Positions 1 through 7,415 of a stretch of DNA of 37,263 nucleotides are shown in pieces. Location of the stretch: NCBI GenBank assembly GCA_964526535.1, contig CAZGIU010000001.1, positions 1 through 37,263 of the forward strand, read 5' to 3'. The number at the start of each line of letters is the position of its first letter. The first letter of the stretch is position 1. The notes beneath the pieces are model-generated. The model searched no databases, was not told the origin of the DNA, and worked only from the letters and a program-made list of their open reading frames with translations. This stretch comes from an uncultured Candidatus Saccharibacteria bacterium (lineage in GTDB: Bacteria > Patescibacteriota > CPR2_A > CG2-30-33-46 > CAZGIU01). The translations under genes were made by a program, and so were the position numbers.

Positions 1-2
1 AT

Positions 3-79
3 TGGTCGGAGTGGTGGGACTCGAACCCACGACCCCCGCGTCCCAAACGCGGTGCGCTAGCCAACTGCGCTACACTCCG
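3..79 (-). tRNA. tRNA-Pro, anticodon UGG, 3' CCA genomically encoded
   Basis: The reverse complement folds as a 77-nt cloverleaf. Acceptor CGGAGTG/CACTCCG; D stem GCGC/GCGC; anticodon stem CCGCG/CGCGG with loop TT-TGG-GA; T stem GTGGG/CCCAC with TTCGAGT loop; discriminator A followed by CCA. Confidence 0.93.
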
Positions 80-209
80 TCGTCGGAATACACTTCAGGA
101 TAGATATTAGCTATAAACAAATATCTTAAACTTGCGTGATTCCTCCTCTTCGCAAAAAATATTTATTTTTTACGATAAATTCTCTTTATAACCCTTTAAG
201 CGCCTTTGG

Positions 210-485
210 TTATTTTCTAACTAACTTTTTCAAGGCCACTGAAGCTCTAAAACGAGGGACTTTCATTGAAGGAATTTTAATTAATTCGCCAGATTGAGGA
301 TCTCGTGCTCTTCTTGAAGCCCATTTAGCTACATCAAAAACGCCTAAACCAGAAACCATAACTCTTTCACCTCTTTGTAGGGTTTCAGTTACTACCTGAG
401 AAACCGAATCCATAACAGAATTAACGGCAGATTTTGAAAGACCAGATCTTGAAGCTACAGCCTCTAATAATTCTTCTTTTGTCAT
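210..485 (-). CDS. hup: HU/IHF-family nucleoid DNA-binding protein (91 aa)
   Basis: MTKEELLEAVA... N-terminus, 'VSGLGVFDV', and the beta-arm motif 'RRARDPQSGELIKIP' typical of HU. I moved the start from the track's TTG (500) to ATG 485 because GGAGG (493-497) lies 7 nt upstream of that ATG. Confidence 0.9.
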   Translation of the reverse strand: MTKEELLEAVASRSGLSKSAVNSVMDSVSQVVTETLQRGERVMVSGLGVFDVAKWASRRARDPQSGELIKIPSMKVPRFRASVALKKLVRK

Positions 486-514
486 ATTTGCACCCTCCAA
501 ATTAACTTAATTTT

Positions 515-523
515 ATTATATCA
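515..523 (-). promoter_or_regulatory. Extended -10 promoter element (TGaTATAAT) for hup
   Basis: The minus-strand reading is ttTGaTATAATaaaattaagttaatttGGAGGgtgcaaatATG. It sits directly after the ymdB stop. No clear -35. Confidence 0.45.
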
Positions 524-525
524 AA

Positions 526-1323
526 CTAAACAATTTTTTCAATTTTGTCGAATTTGAGGGCTTTTCCTTTACTGTCTAATTCAACCAAAATAGCATTAAA
601 AAATGAGGGTCCCATTGGTGCTATTTCATATTTAGCAGGAATATCTCTTAAAATTCTTTCCTGAGAAACATCTTTTCTCATACCAATAATAGAATCAACC
701 GGACCAATCATGCCAATATCGGTTACATAGAAAGTTCCCTGATCTAAAATCCTTAAATCTGAGGTTGGAACATGGGTATGAGTTCCAAAAACAATACTTA
801 CTCGCCCATTAAGATAGTCGCCTATCAAAACTTTTTCTGAAGTTGTTTCTGCGTGCATATCAACTATGATAATATCAGCCTTTTCTTTTTTAAGAATCTG
901 ATCAACTTTTATAAAAGGATCATCAACTTCTTTATTTATAAAAGCTTTACCTAAAAGATTAATTATCAAAAATTTTTTACCTTTAACTTTGAGGGTTTTA
1001 TATTCCTTACCAGGAGTATCCTCTGGAAAATTAGCTGGCCTTACAATAACTTCTCTTGGGTTATCTAAAATTTTATCAATACCCGGCTTAGAAAAAACAT
1101 GGTTGCCGGTAGTAAAAAAATTTACACCAACAGCTTTAAGCTCTTTTACTTTTTTTTCAGAGACACCCTTGCCACCGGCTAGATGCTCTCCATTGGCTAT
1201 CACAAAATCAGGAGAATGTTCTTTTAACAGGGTAGGTAGAACTTCTTTAACTTTGGTTCTGCCGGGACGCCCAATTATCTCGCCTAAAATAAGAATTTTT
1301 ATTTTATTTAGCAAAGTCGGCAA
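526..1323 (-). CDS. ymdB: YmdB-family metallophosphoesterase (2',3'-cyclic-nucleotide phosphodiesterase, TIGR00282-like)
   Basis: Collinear by eye with B. subtilis YmdB: 'ILILGEIIGRPGR', 'ANGEHLAGGKG', 'TTGNH', 'VRPANFPEDTPGK', 'DMHAETTSEK', 'GTHTHVPTSD', 'YVTDIGMIGP'. It sits immediately downstream of rny, as in Bacillus. There is no ATG near the N-terminus; the start is probably TTG at 1323 or 1314, so the start coordinate is uncertain. Confidence 0.88.
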   Translation of the reverse strand: MPTLLNKIKILILGEIIGRPGRTKVKEVLPTLLKEHSPDFVIANGEHLAGGKGVSEKKVKELKAVGVNFFTTGNHVFSKPGIDKILDNPREVIVRPANFPEDTPGKEYKTLKVKGKKFLIINLLGKAFINKEVDDPFIKVDQILKKEKADIIIVDMHAETTSEKVLIGDYLNGRVSIVFGTHTHVPTSDLRILDQGTFYVTDIGMIGPVDSIIGMRKDVSQERILRDIPAKYEIAPMGPSFFNAILVELDSKGKALKFDKIEKIV

Positions 1324-2824
1324 ATCGCCTTTCTCTTATTACATTAACCTTTATTTGACCCGGATATTTTAAATCTTCCTCAATTTTTCTGGCGATTTTA
1401 TGAGAAAGTTTTTCAGCTTGAAGATCATCTATTTCTTCTGGTTTAACAATAATTCTAACTTCACGTCCTGCTTGGATAGCAAAACTTTTTTCTACTCCAT
1501 CAAATGAATCGGCAATATTTTCTAATTCAGTTAAACGTTTAATATAGGCTTCCATACTTTCACGGCGAGCTCCAGGTCGAGCCCCGGAAATAGCATCCGC
1601 CACTTTCACAATAATAGCTTCAACGGTTTTAGGCTCAACCTCCTCGTGATGGGCCTCAACAGTATGAATAATTTCAGACGCAATTCCATATTTTTTTAGA
1701 ATATCACCAGAAATAGCAGCATGAGTGCCTGATACCTCATGATCTACGGCCTTACCAATGTCATGAAACAGGGCTCCCTTTTTAACTACCTCTACATTAG
1801 CACCTAATTCTTGAGCCAACAGTGCGGCTAAATGAGCCACTTCAATAGAATGTTTTAAAACATTCTGGCCATAGCTAGTTCTAAAAAAGAGCCTACCTAA
1901 AATTTTAATCAAATCTGAAGGCAAACCAGCTACTCCAACCTCATAAACAGCCTGTTCGCCGACTTCTTTCATTTTCTCACCAATATCATGCTTAGCTTTT
2001 TCAACCGCTTGTTCAATTCTAGATGGATTAATCCTCCCATCAGCCATCATTCGCTCCAAGGCCACTCTGGCAACCTGTCGACGAACAGGATCAAAACCAG
2101 AAATAACAATTGTTTCAGGAGTATCATCTACAATAATGTCGCAACCTGTGGCCTCTTCAATGGCTCTAATGTTGCGACCCTCTCGACCAATTACTCGGCC
2201 CTTCATTTCATCATTTGGCAAAGAGATAGTAGTAGCTATTAAATCAGAAGAATGATCAACTGCTACTCTTTCAACTGCTCTAGTTAAAATCTCTCTGGCT
2301 TTTTTGTCTGCCTCCTCTTTGGTTTCTTTTTCGATATCCTTAATTTTTTTAAGAATTTCATCTTTATATTCTTTTTCTGTTAAATCTAAGAGAATATTTT
2401 TAGCCTCTTCTTTATTCAACTTGGCAATTTTTTCAAGTTTTTCTTCTTGTTTTTGACGAAGCTTTAAAAGTTCTGCTTTAGTATTTTCAATTTCTTTTTC
2501 TTGATTTTTATATTCTAAATGCCTTTTATCAAGTTCTTCTATTTTTTTATCTATATTTTCTTGTCTTTTGGTTAATTTTTCCTCCATTTCTGAAATCTGA
2601 GTCCTACGTTCTTTTTCTTCTTTTTTAAGCTCCTCTTTTTCCTTTAAAGCTTCGTCTTTAGCCTGAATTAAAATCTCTTTTGATTTTTCCTGAGCATCCT
2701 GAAGAAGTTTTTTGGCCCGACCTTCCGCATTTTGAGTTACATTTTTAGTTTGATAACCTTTAACAAGATAACCCAAACCTAAAGAAATCGGCACTGCTAT
2801 GGCAATTCCAATTAAAAGTTCCAT
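1304..2824 (-). CDS. rny: Ribonuclease Y (506 aa)
   Basis: N-terminal TM helix (MELLIGIAIAVPISLGLGYLV), long K/E coiled coil, KH domain 'GRVIGREGRNIRAIEEATG', and HD domain 'HSIEVAHLAA...FHDIGKAVDHE'. ATG start with a GAGAGGA Shine-Dalgarno sequence. Confidence 0.95.
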   Translation of the reverse strand: MELLIGIAIAVPISLGLGYLVKGYQTKNVTQNAEGRAKKLLQDAQEKSKEILIQAKDEALKEKEELKKEEKERRTQISEMEEKLTKRQENIDKKIEELDKRHLEYKNQEKEIENTKAELLKLRQKQEEKLEKIAKLNKEEAKNILLDLTEKEYKDEILKKIKDIEKETKEEADKKAREILTRAVERVAVDHSSDLIATTISLPNDEMKGRVIGREGRNIRAIEEATGCDIIVDDTPETIVISGFDPVRRQVARVALERMMADGRINPSRIEQAVEKAKHDIGEKMKEVGEQAVYEVGVAGLPSDLIKILGRLFFRTSYGQNVLKHSIEVAHLAALLAQELGANVEVVKKGALFHDIGKAVDHEVSGTHAAISGDILKKYGIASEIIHTVEAHHEEVEPKTVEAIIVKVADAISGARPGARRESMEAYIKRLTELENIADSFDGVEKSFAIQAGREVRIIVKPEEIDDLQAEKLSHKIARKIEEDLKYPGQIKVNVIRERRFADFAK

Positions 2825-3000
2825 AAAATCCTCTCTTTCCTTTTAAAGAGAAGATCAACGCCAAAATAACTGGCTTAAATCAGTTTTATATTTTGCCTCT
2901 TTTAAGCAAATATGTCGATGAAAATGATTTTCTGTTTGTTATTTTCAACTTTAACCCGCGTGATCTTCTTTATTTCAAATTAATTAAGTTTTATATTTAA

Positions 3001-3029
3001 AGATTACTAGAAAATTGTTTTTTTGTCAA
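3001..3029 (-). promoter_or_regulatory. Candidate sigma70-type promoter for rny (TTGACA-17 nt-TAATCT)
   Basis: Minus-strand reading: -35 TTGACA (3024-3029), 17-nt spacer, -10 TAATCT (3001-3006). The -35 is perfect and the -10 is weak. This implies a leader of about 170 nt. Confidence 0.4.
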
Positions 3030-3050
3030 ATAAATATACAAAAAATAACT

Positions 3051-3094
3051 AAAATAACATTCTAACATTCTATAGAATGTTAGAATGTTATTTT
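3051..3094. terminator. 44-bp perfect palindrome; probable bidirectional intrinsic terminator/insulator after the tsaB array
   Basis: aaaataacattctaacattcta|tagaatgttagaatgttatttt. All 22 positions pair (checked base by base). A-tract/T-tract flanks give a U-run on either strand. It lies 31 nt downstream of the tsaB stop and 22 nt upstream of the putative rny -35. The stem is AT-rich (4 G:C pairs), so an operator role is equally possible. Confidence 0.5.
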
Positions 3095-3125
3095 TAATAT
3101 TTGATATAACCAGAAAACTGGTTAC

Positions 3126-3530
3126 TCATTTAGAATTTTTTGGCTTGGTAATATTTGGTTCTTTGCCATAAAACGGTAAAACTATCTCTTTAAAATCTTT
3201 TTTTGATATTTTTTTTCTAATTATATTTTCTAGATTATTCTCTTGATTTTGAGCAATTTCGATAATAGGTATTTTTAACAAATAAGCCATAGTATTAATT
3301 GTTACAATGCCAATTCTTAAAGAAGTAAAACCACCCGGACCTTTAAAAACTGATAAATGAGTTAAATCCCCAAATTCAATCTTATTTTTCTTTAAAAAGC
3401 TATCTATTTTTTCGGATAAATTATCAACCAAATCATTATTTTGTTCAAACTCAATAAATTTTGATTTATCGCTAGAAACTAAACCCATTTTTACGATTTT
3501 ATTGGCTGTATTTAAATATAGAACTTTCAT
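3126..3530 (-). CDS. tsaB: Truncated TsaB/YeaZ-like t6A-synthesis protein (134 aa, N-terminal half only)
   Basis: 'KVLYLNTA...', 'GPGGFTSLRIGIVTINTMAYLLKIPI' is the TsaB/YeaZ signature. ATGA overlap with tsaE. About 100 aa shorter than canonical TsaB. Confidence 0.75.
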   Translation of the reverse strand: MKVLYLNTANKIVKMGLVSSDKSKFIEFEQNNDLVDNLSEKIDSFLKKNKIEFGDLTHLSVFKGPGGFTSLRIGIVTINTMAYLLKIPIIEIAQNQENNLENIIRKKISKKDFKEIVLPFYGKEPNITKPKNSK

Positions 3531-3952
3531 TTTATTATTATCTTTCTGCTTTTTTCATCTATAAAATCAAACTCAATAAACTTAGTTCTCTTGGGCAAAA
3601 AACTTTTTATATTATTAGCCCACTCAATAACAGAGATTCCGCTAAAATCATCAAAAATCTCAGAAAGGCCAAGGTTTTGCGCTTCTTTTTCATTCTCTAT
3701 CCGATACATATCCATATGATAAAGTTTTTTTAAGCCATTTATCTTAATATTATATTCTTTGATTAAATTAAAGGTTGGACTCTGAACTTCTTCTTTAATT
3801 TTAAAATAAGAAGCTATTCCTTTAACAAAAGTTGTCTTGCCTCCGCCTAAATCACCGATTAAAGCTAAAACATCACCACCTAATAAATTTTGGGCAACTT
3901 CCTTAGCCACTTTTTGAGTATTTTCTTCTGATTTAGAGGTTATGATCTTCAT
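3527..3952 (-). CDS. tsaE: tRNA t6A37 biosynthesis ATPase TsaE (141 aa)
   Basis: P-loop 'GDLGGGKTTFVKG', followed by 'SPTFNLIKEY' and 'YHMDMYRI', typical of TsaE/YjeE. Confidence 0.88.
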   Translation of the reverse strand: MKIITSKSEENTQKVAKEVAQNLLGGDVLALIGDLGGGKTTFVKGIASYFKIKEEVQSPTFNLIKEYNIKINGLKKLYHMDMYRIENEKEAQNLGLSEIFDDFSGISVIEWANNIKSFLPKRTKFIEFDFIDEKSRKIIIK

Positions 3953-5858
3953 AGTCTTTTTTAGATTTTAACCCGTAAAGATAAATTAGAAAAGCAGAGG
4001 AAATAATAATTAAGATTAGACCTAAATAAAAATATGGATTATTAGACTTTTCCTTTTTGGCCTCAAACACTAAATAAGGTTCTTTAAAGTCAATCTTTCG
4101 CCAACTAGAGGCTCTGGCTATTTTCTTAGGCTTTTTAGGTTTTGTCCATAAAAGCTTAAAATCAGGTTGATATCTTGGCAAAACTCGCAAACCTGTTTTT
4201 GACAAAGAAACAATACCAGTAATTTCCACTAAATCATTTTTATAGGTTCTTGGTTTTTTAATACCAGTAAGTTTTGTAATGTAGATTCTTATAGTGCCTG
4301 TTCCGTCAGAAATGTAAAAAGTTTTACCAGAAGTTTTAACTATTCTACCTTTTACAGTCACTAACCTGCCCTGATAGGCTGAAATGTCTTTTATGTTTAT
4401 TTTAGCTGCCAAGGGCGGTCCACGATATTCAATAATTCTTATATCTTGGGCTCCTTTAATTTTAACTCTTTTTTCGCCATAAATTTGTGATAATTCTCCA
4501 AAAACTTCGATATAATCACCAACTTTTAATTGAGGATAATTTTTATACCAACAATATATCTGGATACCGGAACTTTCATCCTGAATATAAAAATAAGTAT
4601 TGGCTAATATTTTTGGTAAAACAGAAACTATACCCCTGGTTATAATTAAATAACCCTTGGGCAATTTTTTTATTTCAGAAATTGGTAAATTATAGATAGG
4701 AGCTTCTTTAAGTTGAGGAATTATTAAAATATCAGAATCTTTTTGGGGCAACAAACGAAAGCTCCCATTCCAACTACTAATAATGCCAGAAATTTCTGCC
4801 CAATCACCAGTTTTCTTTTTAGGTAAATTTATTCCTAAGCTATCTTTAACATAAATTTTTATAGGACCAGAGTCATCATCTACATAAAAAGTGTCGCCAG
4901 AGGTTTCAATAATTTTACCCTTGATTTTGACTAAGGCACCTTCGTAATCACTAAATTCAGCTGTTTTAATGTTAAAAAATACTGGCTCTTCATTTTCCTT
5001 GATTTGACTTTCGGAAATGTCAGGAATTTTAATTTCTTTTTCGCCATAATATGTAGTGACTTGACCCCTAATTATTAATTTACTGCCTATTTTTATATTT
5101 TCTGGCCAAGAGTCATTAGTTAATCTTATACGTAAACCACCACTTTCATCTTGAATATAAATACAATTTTCAAAAAGCTTATTTGGCCCTGAAGTTACCA
5201 AGCCACTAATTTTAACTTCATTTATACGATTTTTAGCTTCTTTAATGCTTGATATTTCTGTCTCTGAACTGTTAGGACTTTTAGGGGTAGCAATATTTTT
5301 TTCAAAATCTTTAAGATTAGAACCAATAATAGCTGTTTGCCAATCATAGCTTTTGGTACCATCTCCAGAGACTAAAACCCTTTCCATGGAGGCTTTATAA
5401 TCAGTTTTATTAATACCAGCCAAGGGCTTTTTGCCATTACCAGCAACATCTATTGAATTGCCCACAGAATCTTTTAGTTCAACTTTAAGTAGGTTATTAG
5501 AAAGAGTAACGGCTGTAGTTACCCAGTCTGGCTCAACATCTAAAATGCTTTTATTTGAAAATTTTGAATAATTAGCGATTAAAAAATAGCTCGAAGGAGA
5601 TATTTTTTTACCCTGAGGAATTATTAAATCAGCACCGCTAGTTGCTGCTCCAGAAATTATCCAACCAGAAAGGTCTATCTCCTTATCTGTTAAATTCCTA
5701 AGCTCCAGCCATTCATCAGCTGAAGATAAAGAAGAGCCTTGCCACATTATTTCATTGATAATAATAGTTTTATTTTCCTGAGCAGAAATAAAACCATAAT
5801 TACCAATAATAATCGAAAAATAAAAGCTTAATAGCAAAAATGAAAAGATTTTTTTCAT
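3933..5858 (-). CDS. Secreted, C-terminally membrane-anchored lamin-tail-domain (LTD) protein with four OB-fold-like modules (641 aa)
   Basis: Signal peptide MKKIFSFLLLSFYFSIIIGNYGFISAQ. LTD motif 'IIINEIMWQG...ADEWLELRNLTDKEIDLSGW'. Two copies of a two-module unit: 'YIQDESGGLRIRL...GQVTTYYGEKEIKI' / 'GDTFYVDDDSGPIKIYV...GSFRLLP' and 'YIQDESSGIQIYC...GELSQIYGEKRVKI' / 'GKTFYISDGTGTIRIYI...TGLRVLP'. Basic stretch, then a TM helix 'YFYLGLILIIISSAFLIYLYGL' at the C-terminus. No nuclease domain recognised. Confidence 0.75.
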   Translation of the reverse strand: MKKIFSFLLLSFYFSIIIGNYGFISAQENKTIIINEIMWQGSSLSSADEWLELRNLTDKEIDLSGWIISGAATSGADLIIPQGKKISPSSYFLIANYSKFSNKSILDVEPDWVTTAVTLSNNLLKVELKDSVGNSIDVAGNGKKPLAGINKTDYKASMERVLVSGDGTKSYDWQTAIIGSNLKDFEKNIATPKSPNSSETEISSIKEAKNRINEVKISGLVTSGPNKLFENCIYIQDESGGLRIRLTNDSWPENIKIGSKLIIRGQVTTYYGEKEIKIPDISESQIKENEEPVFFNIKTAEFSDYEGALVKIKGKIIETSGDTFYVDDDSGPIKIYVKDSLGINLPKKKTGDWAEISGIISSWNGSFRLLPQKDSDILIIPQLKEAPIYNLPISEIKKLPKGYLIITRGIVSVLPKILANTYFYIQDESSGIQIYCWYKNYPQLKVGDYIEVFGELSQIYGEKRVKIKGAQDIRIIEYRGPPLAAKINIKDISAYQGRLVTVKGRIVKTSGKTFYISDGTGTIRIYITKLTGIKKPRTYKNDLVEITGIVSLSKTGLRVLPRYQPDFKLLWTKPKKPKKIARASSWRKIDFKEPYLVFEAKKEKSNNPYFYLGLILIIISSAFLIYLYGLKSKKDYEDHNL

Positions 5859-5887
5859 TACAAAGTAAACAGATAAATAATTATTTA

Positions 5888-6208
5888 TTAAAGATTTTGC
5901 TCTTTTTTTTCTTGGGAAACTTCAAAATCAGAGTCAAAAGTCTCTGAAATTACTTTTTTCTCAGGACTATCATCATATTCTGATATACCATTTGCGTCAC
6001 CTAAATTTTCTATTTTTAAATCTTTTTTAGTCTCGGTATTATCTTTTGTCTCTGTTAAAGTAAGATTTTTCGTTTGATTCAAAGAAGAAGACTGAATGGG
6101 GCTATCAAATAAGCCAACAGGAGCACAAACTTCACAAAATCTCTTCCCCTCAGGAACTTTAGCCCCGCAAACTTCACATTCAGCTGTTTTGAGTTCTTTT
6201 TTATTCAT
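5888..6208 (-). CDS. Small zinc-ribbon protein with acidic/Ser-Thr-rich tail (106 aa)
   Basis: The CxxC-x10-CxxC motif 'CEVCGAKVPEGKRFCEVC' lies at aa 11-28; the rest is low-complexity and acidic. Its ATG (6206-6208) overlaps the permease stop by 8 nt. Confidence 0.6.
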   Translation of the reverse strand: MNKKELKTAECEVCGAKVPEGKRFCEVCAPVGLFDSPIQSSSLNQTKNLTLTETKDNTETKKDLKIENLGDANGISEYDDSPEKKVISETFDSDFEVSQEKKEQNL

Positions 6209-7415
6209 AATGTAGGGCCTCTATTGGATCTTTTTTGGCAGCTCTTAAGGCTGGCCATAATCCAAAAATAATACCAACCACTGTTGAAACTCCTAAAGCA
6301 ATAAGAATTATTGAAGGAGTAATATCGGGGGTTATTGAAGTTTGGGCAGCAACAACCTGACCAAAAATAAATGAAATAATTAAAGCAATTAAGCCTCCCA
6401 ATAAAGTAATGATTACAGCTTCAATCAAAAACTGTAAGCCAATTTCAAATTTAGTGGCACCAACTGCCTTTCTTAAACCTATCTCTTTTGTTCTTTCAGT
6501 TACTGTAACTAACATAATATTCATAATACCTATGCCTCCCACTACCAAAGAAATAGCAGCAATAGCCGAAACCATAGTGGTTACCAGGCTTAAAAGTGTA
6601 TCTAACAAAGAAAGCATATCATCCTGAGTTAGTACTGAAAAATCCTCTTCATTATTATGATTTTTAAGAATCTGATCTTTAATATCCGACTTGGCTTTAT
6701 TAACATCATAATTATCGCTAATTTTAACAACTACTCTTAAAATTTTCTCCTGATTATCATTTAAAATCTTAGCACCCGACTGAGGAATTACTACCATGTT
6801 TGAAAATTGATTGCCAAAAACACTTTCTCCTGTATCAAAAGTTAAAACACCTATAACCTTAAAATTACGATTAGCAACTTGGATTGTTTTATCAACAATA
6901 TCGCCATCACCTACTAAATTTTTTTTAACAACTTTATCAACTAAAGCTACAAAATTATCATCCTGGTCTGTAAAAAATCTGCCTTCGCTGACCTTGAGAA
7001 CATTAACAGCTTCAGAAAACTCTGGATTAGTACCAAAAACAATGGGAGTTGCTAGCTTATCCTCATACTTAACACTACCTGGCACTAGACTCATTGGGGA
7101 CACATACTCAACTCCGTCTGTTTTTTCTATTGTATTTAAATCTTGATTGGTTATAACATCACCGGAAATAAAATTAGCCGGATTAACGCTTTGCATGGCC
7201 TGAGGATTATCTGTATCAATTTTACCTCCAACAACAAAAACAATATTGGAGCCAAAGCCCTGAATCAGCTTAGTAACTTCATTTTTTAAGCCCTGACCCA
7301 AAGAAACTAAAGTTACAACTGATGTTACGCCAATGACAATACCTAAAACAGTCAACAAGCTTCTTACTTTGTTGCCCCAAATTGACTTTAAAGCACTTTT
7401 TAAGCCCTCTGTCAT
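6201..7415 (-). CDS. MacB/FtsX-type ABC transporter permease (404 aa)
   Basis: N-terminal 'LKSALKSIWGNKVRSLLTVLGIVIGVTSVV', a large extracytoplasmic domain, and a C-terminal FtsX-type 3-TM bundle with 'ERTKEIGLRKAVGA' and 'PALRAAKKDPIEAL'. ATGA overlap with the ATPase gene. Confidence 0.9.
   Translation of the reverse strand: MTEGLKSALKSIWGNKVRSLLTVLGIVIGVTSVVTLVSLGQGLKNEVTKLIQGFGSNIVFVVGGKIDTDNPQAMQSVNPANFISGDVITNQDLNTIEKTDGVEYVSPMSLVPGSVKYEDKLATPIVFGTNPEFSEAVNVLKVSEGRFFTDQDDNFVALVDKVVKKNLVGDGDIVDKTIQVANRNFKVIGVLTFDTGESVFGNQFSNMVVIPQSGAKILNDNQEKILRVVVKISDNYDVNKAKSDIKDQILKNHNNEEDFSVLTQDDMLSLLDTLLSLVTTMVSAIAAISLVVGGIGIMNIMLVTVTERTKEIGLRKAVGATKFEIGLQFLIEAVIITLLGGLIALIISFIFGQVVAAQTSITPDITPSIILIALGVSTVVGIIFGLWPALRAAKKDPIEALHYE

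Noticed and set aside
154-171. AAAAAATA-tt-TATTTTTT hairpin downstream of hup
   Set aside because: The 8-bp stem is entirely A:T and too weak to call a terminator. No other terminator was seen between hup and tRNA-Pro.
1-209. tRNA-Pro as a possible integration hotspot or genomic island boundary
   Set aside because: No integrase, no direct repeat of the tRNA 3' end and no compositional shift were seen. The neighbouring genes are core housekeeping genes.
486-500. TTG-initiated 5-codon extension of HU
   Set aside because: The extension contains the GGAGG Shine-Dalgarno sequence that serves ATG 485.
989-1372. 127-aa plus-strand ORF
   Set aside because: It lies antisense inside ymdB/rny, both of which have unambiguous homology. 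Low-complexity S/L/P-rich translation and no RBS. Shadow ORF.
1988-2242. 84-aa plus-strand ORF
   Set aside because: Antisense within the rny KH/HD region. No recognisable motif. Shadow ORF.
2912-2983. 23-aa hydrophobic plus-strand mini-ORF (MSMKMIFCLLFSTLTRVIFFISN) in the rny upstream region
   Set aside because: No Shine-Dalgarno sequence and no promoter on the plus strand. It lies antisense to the putative rny leader. An AT-rich sequence readily yields such ORFs by chance.
6409-6627. 72-aa plus-strand ORF
   Set aside because: Antisense inside the MacB-type permease gene. Shadow ORF.
6811-7146. 111-aa plus-strand ORF
   Set aside because: Antisense inside the MacB-type permease gene. S/T/L-rich, with no start context. 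Shadow ORF.
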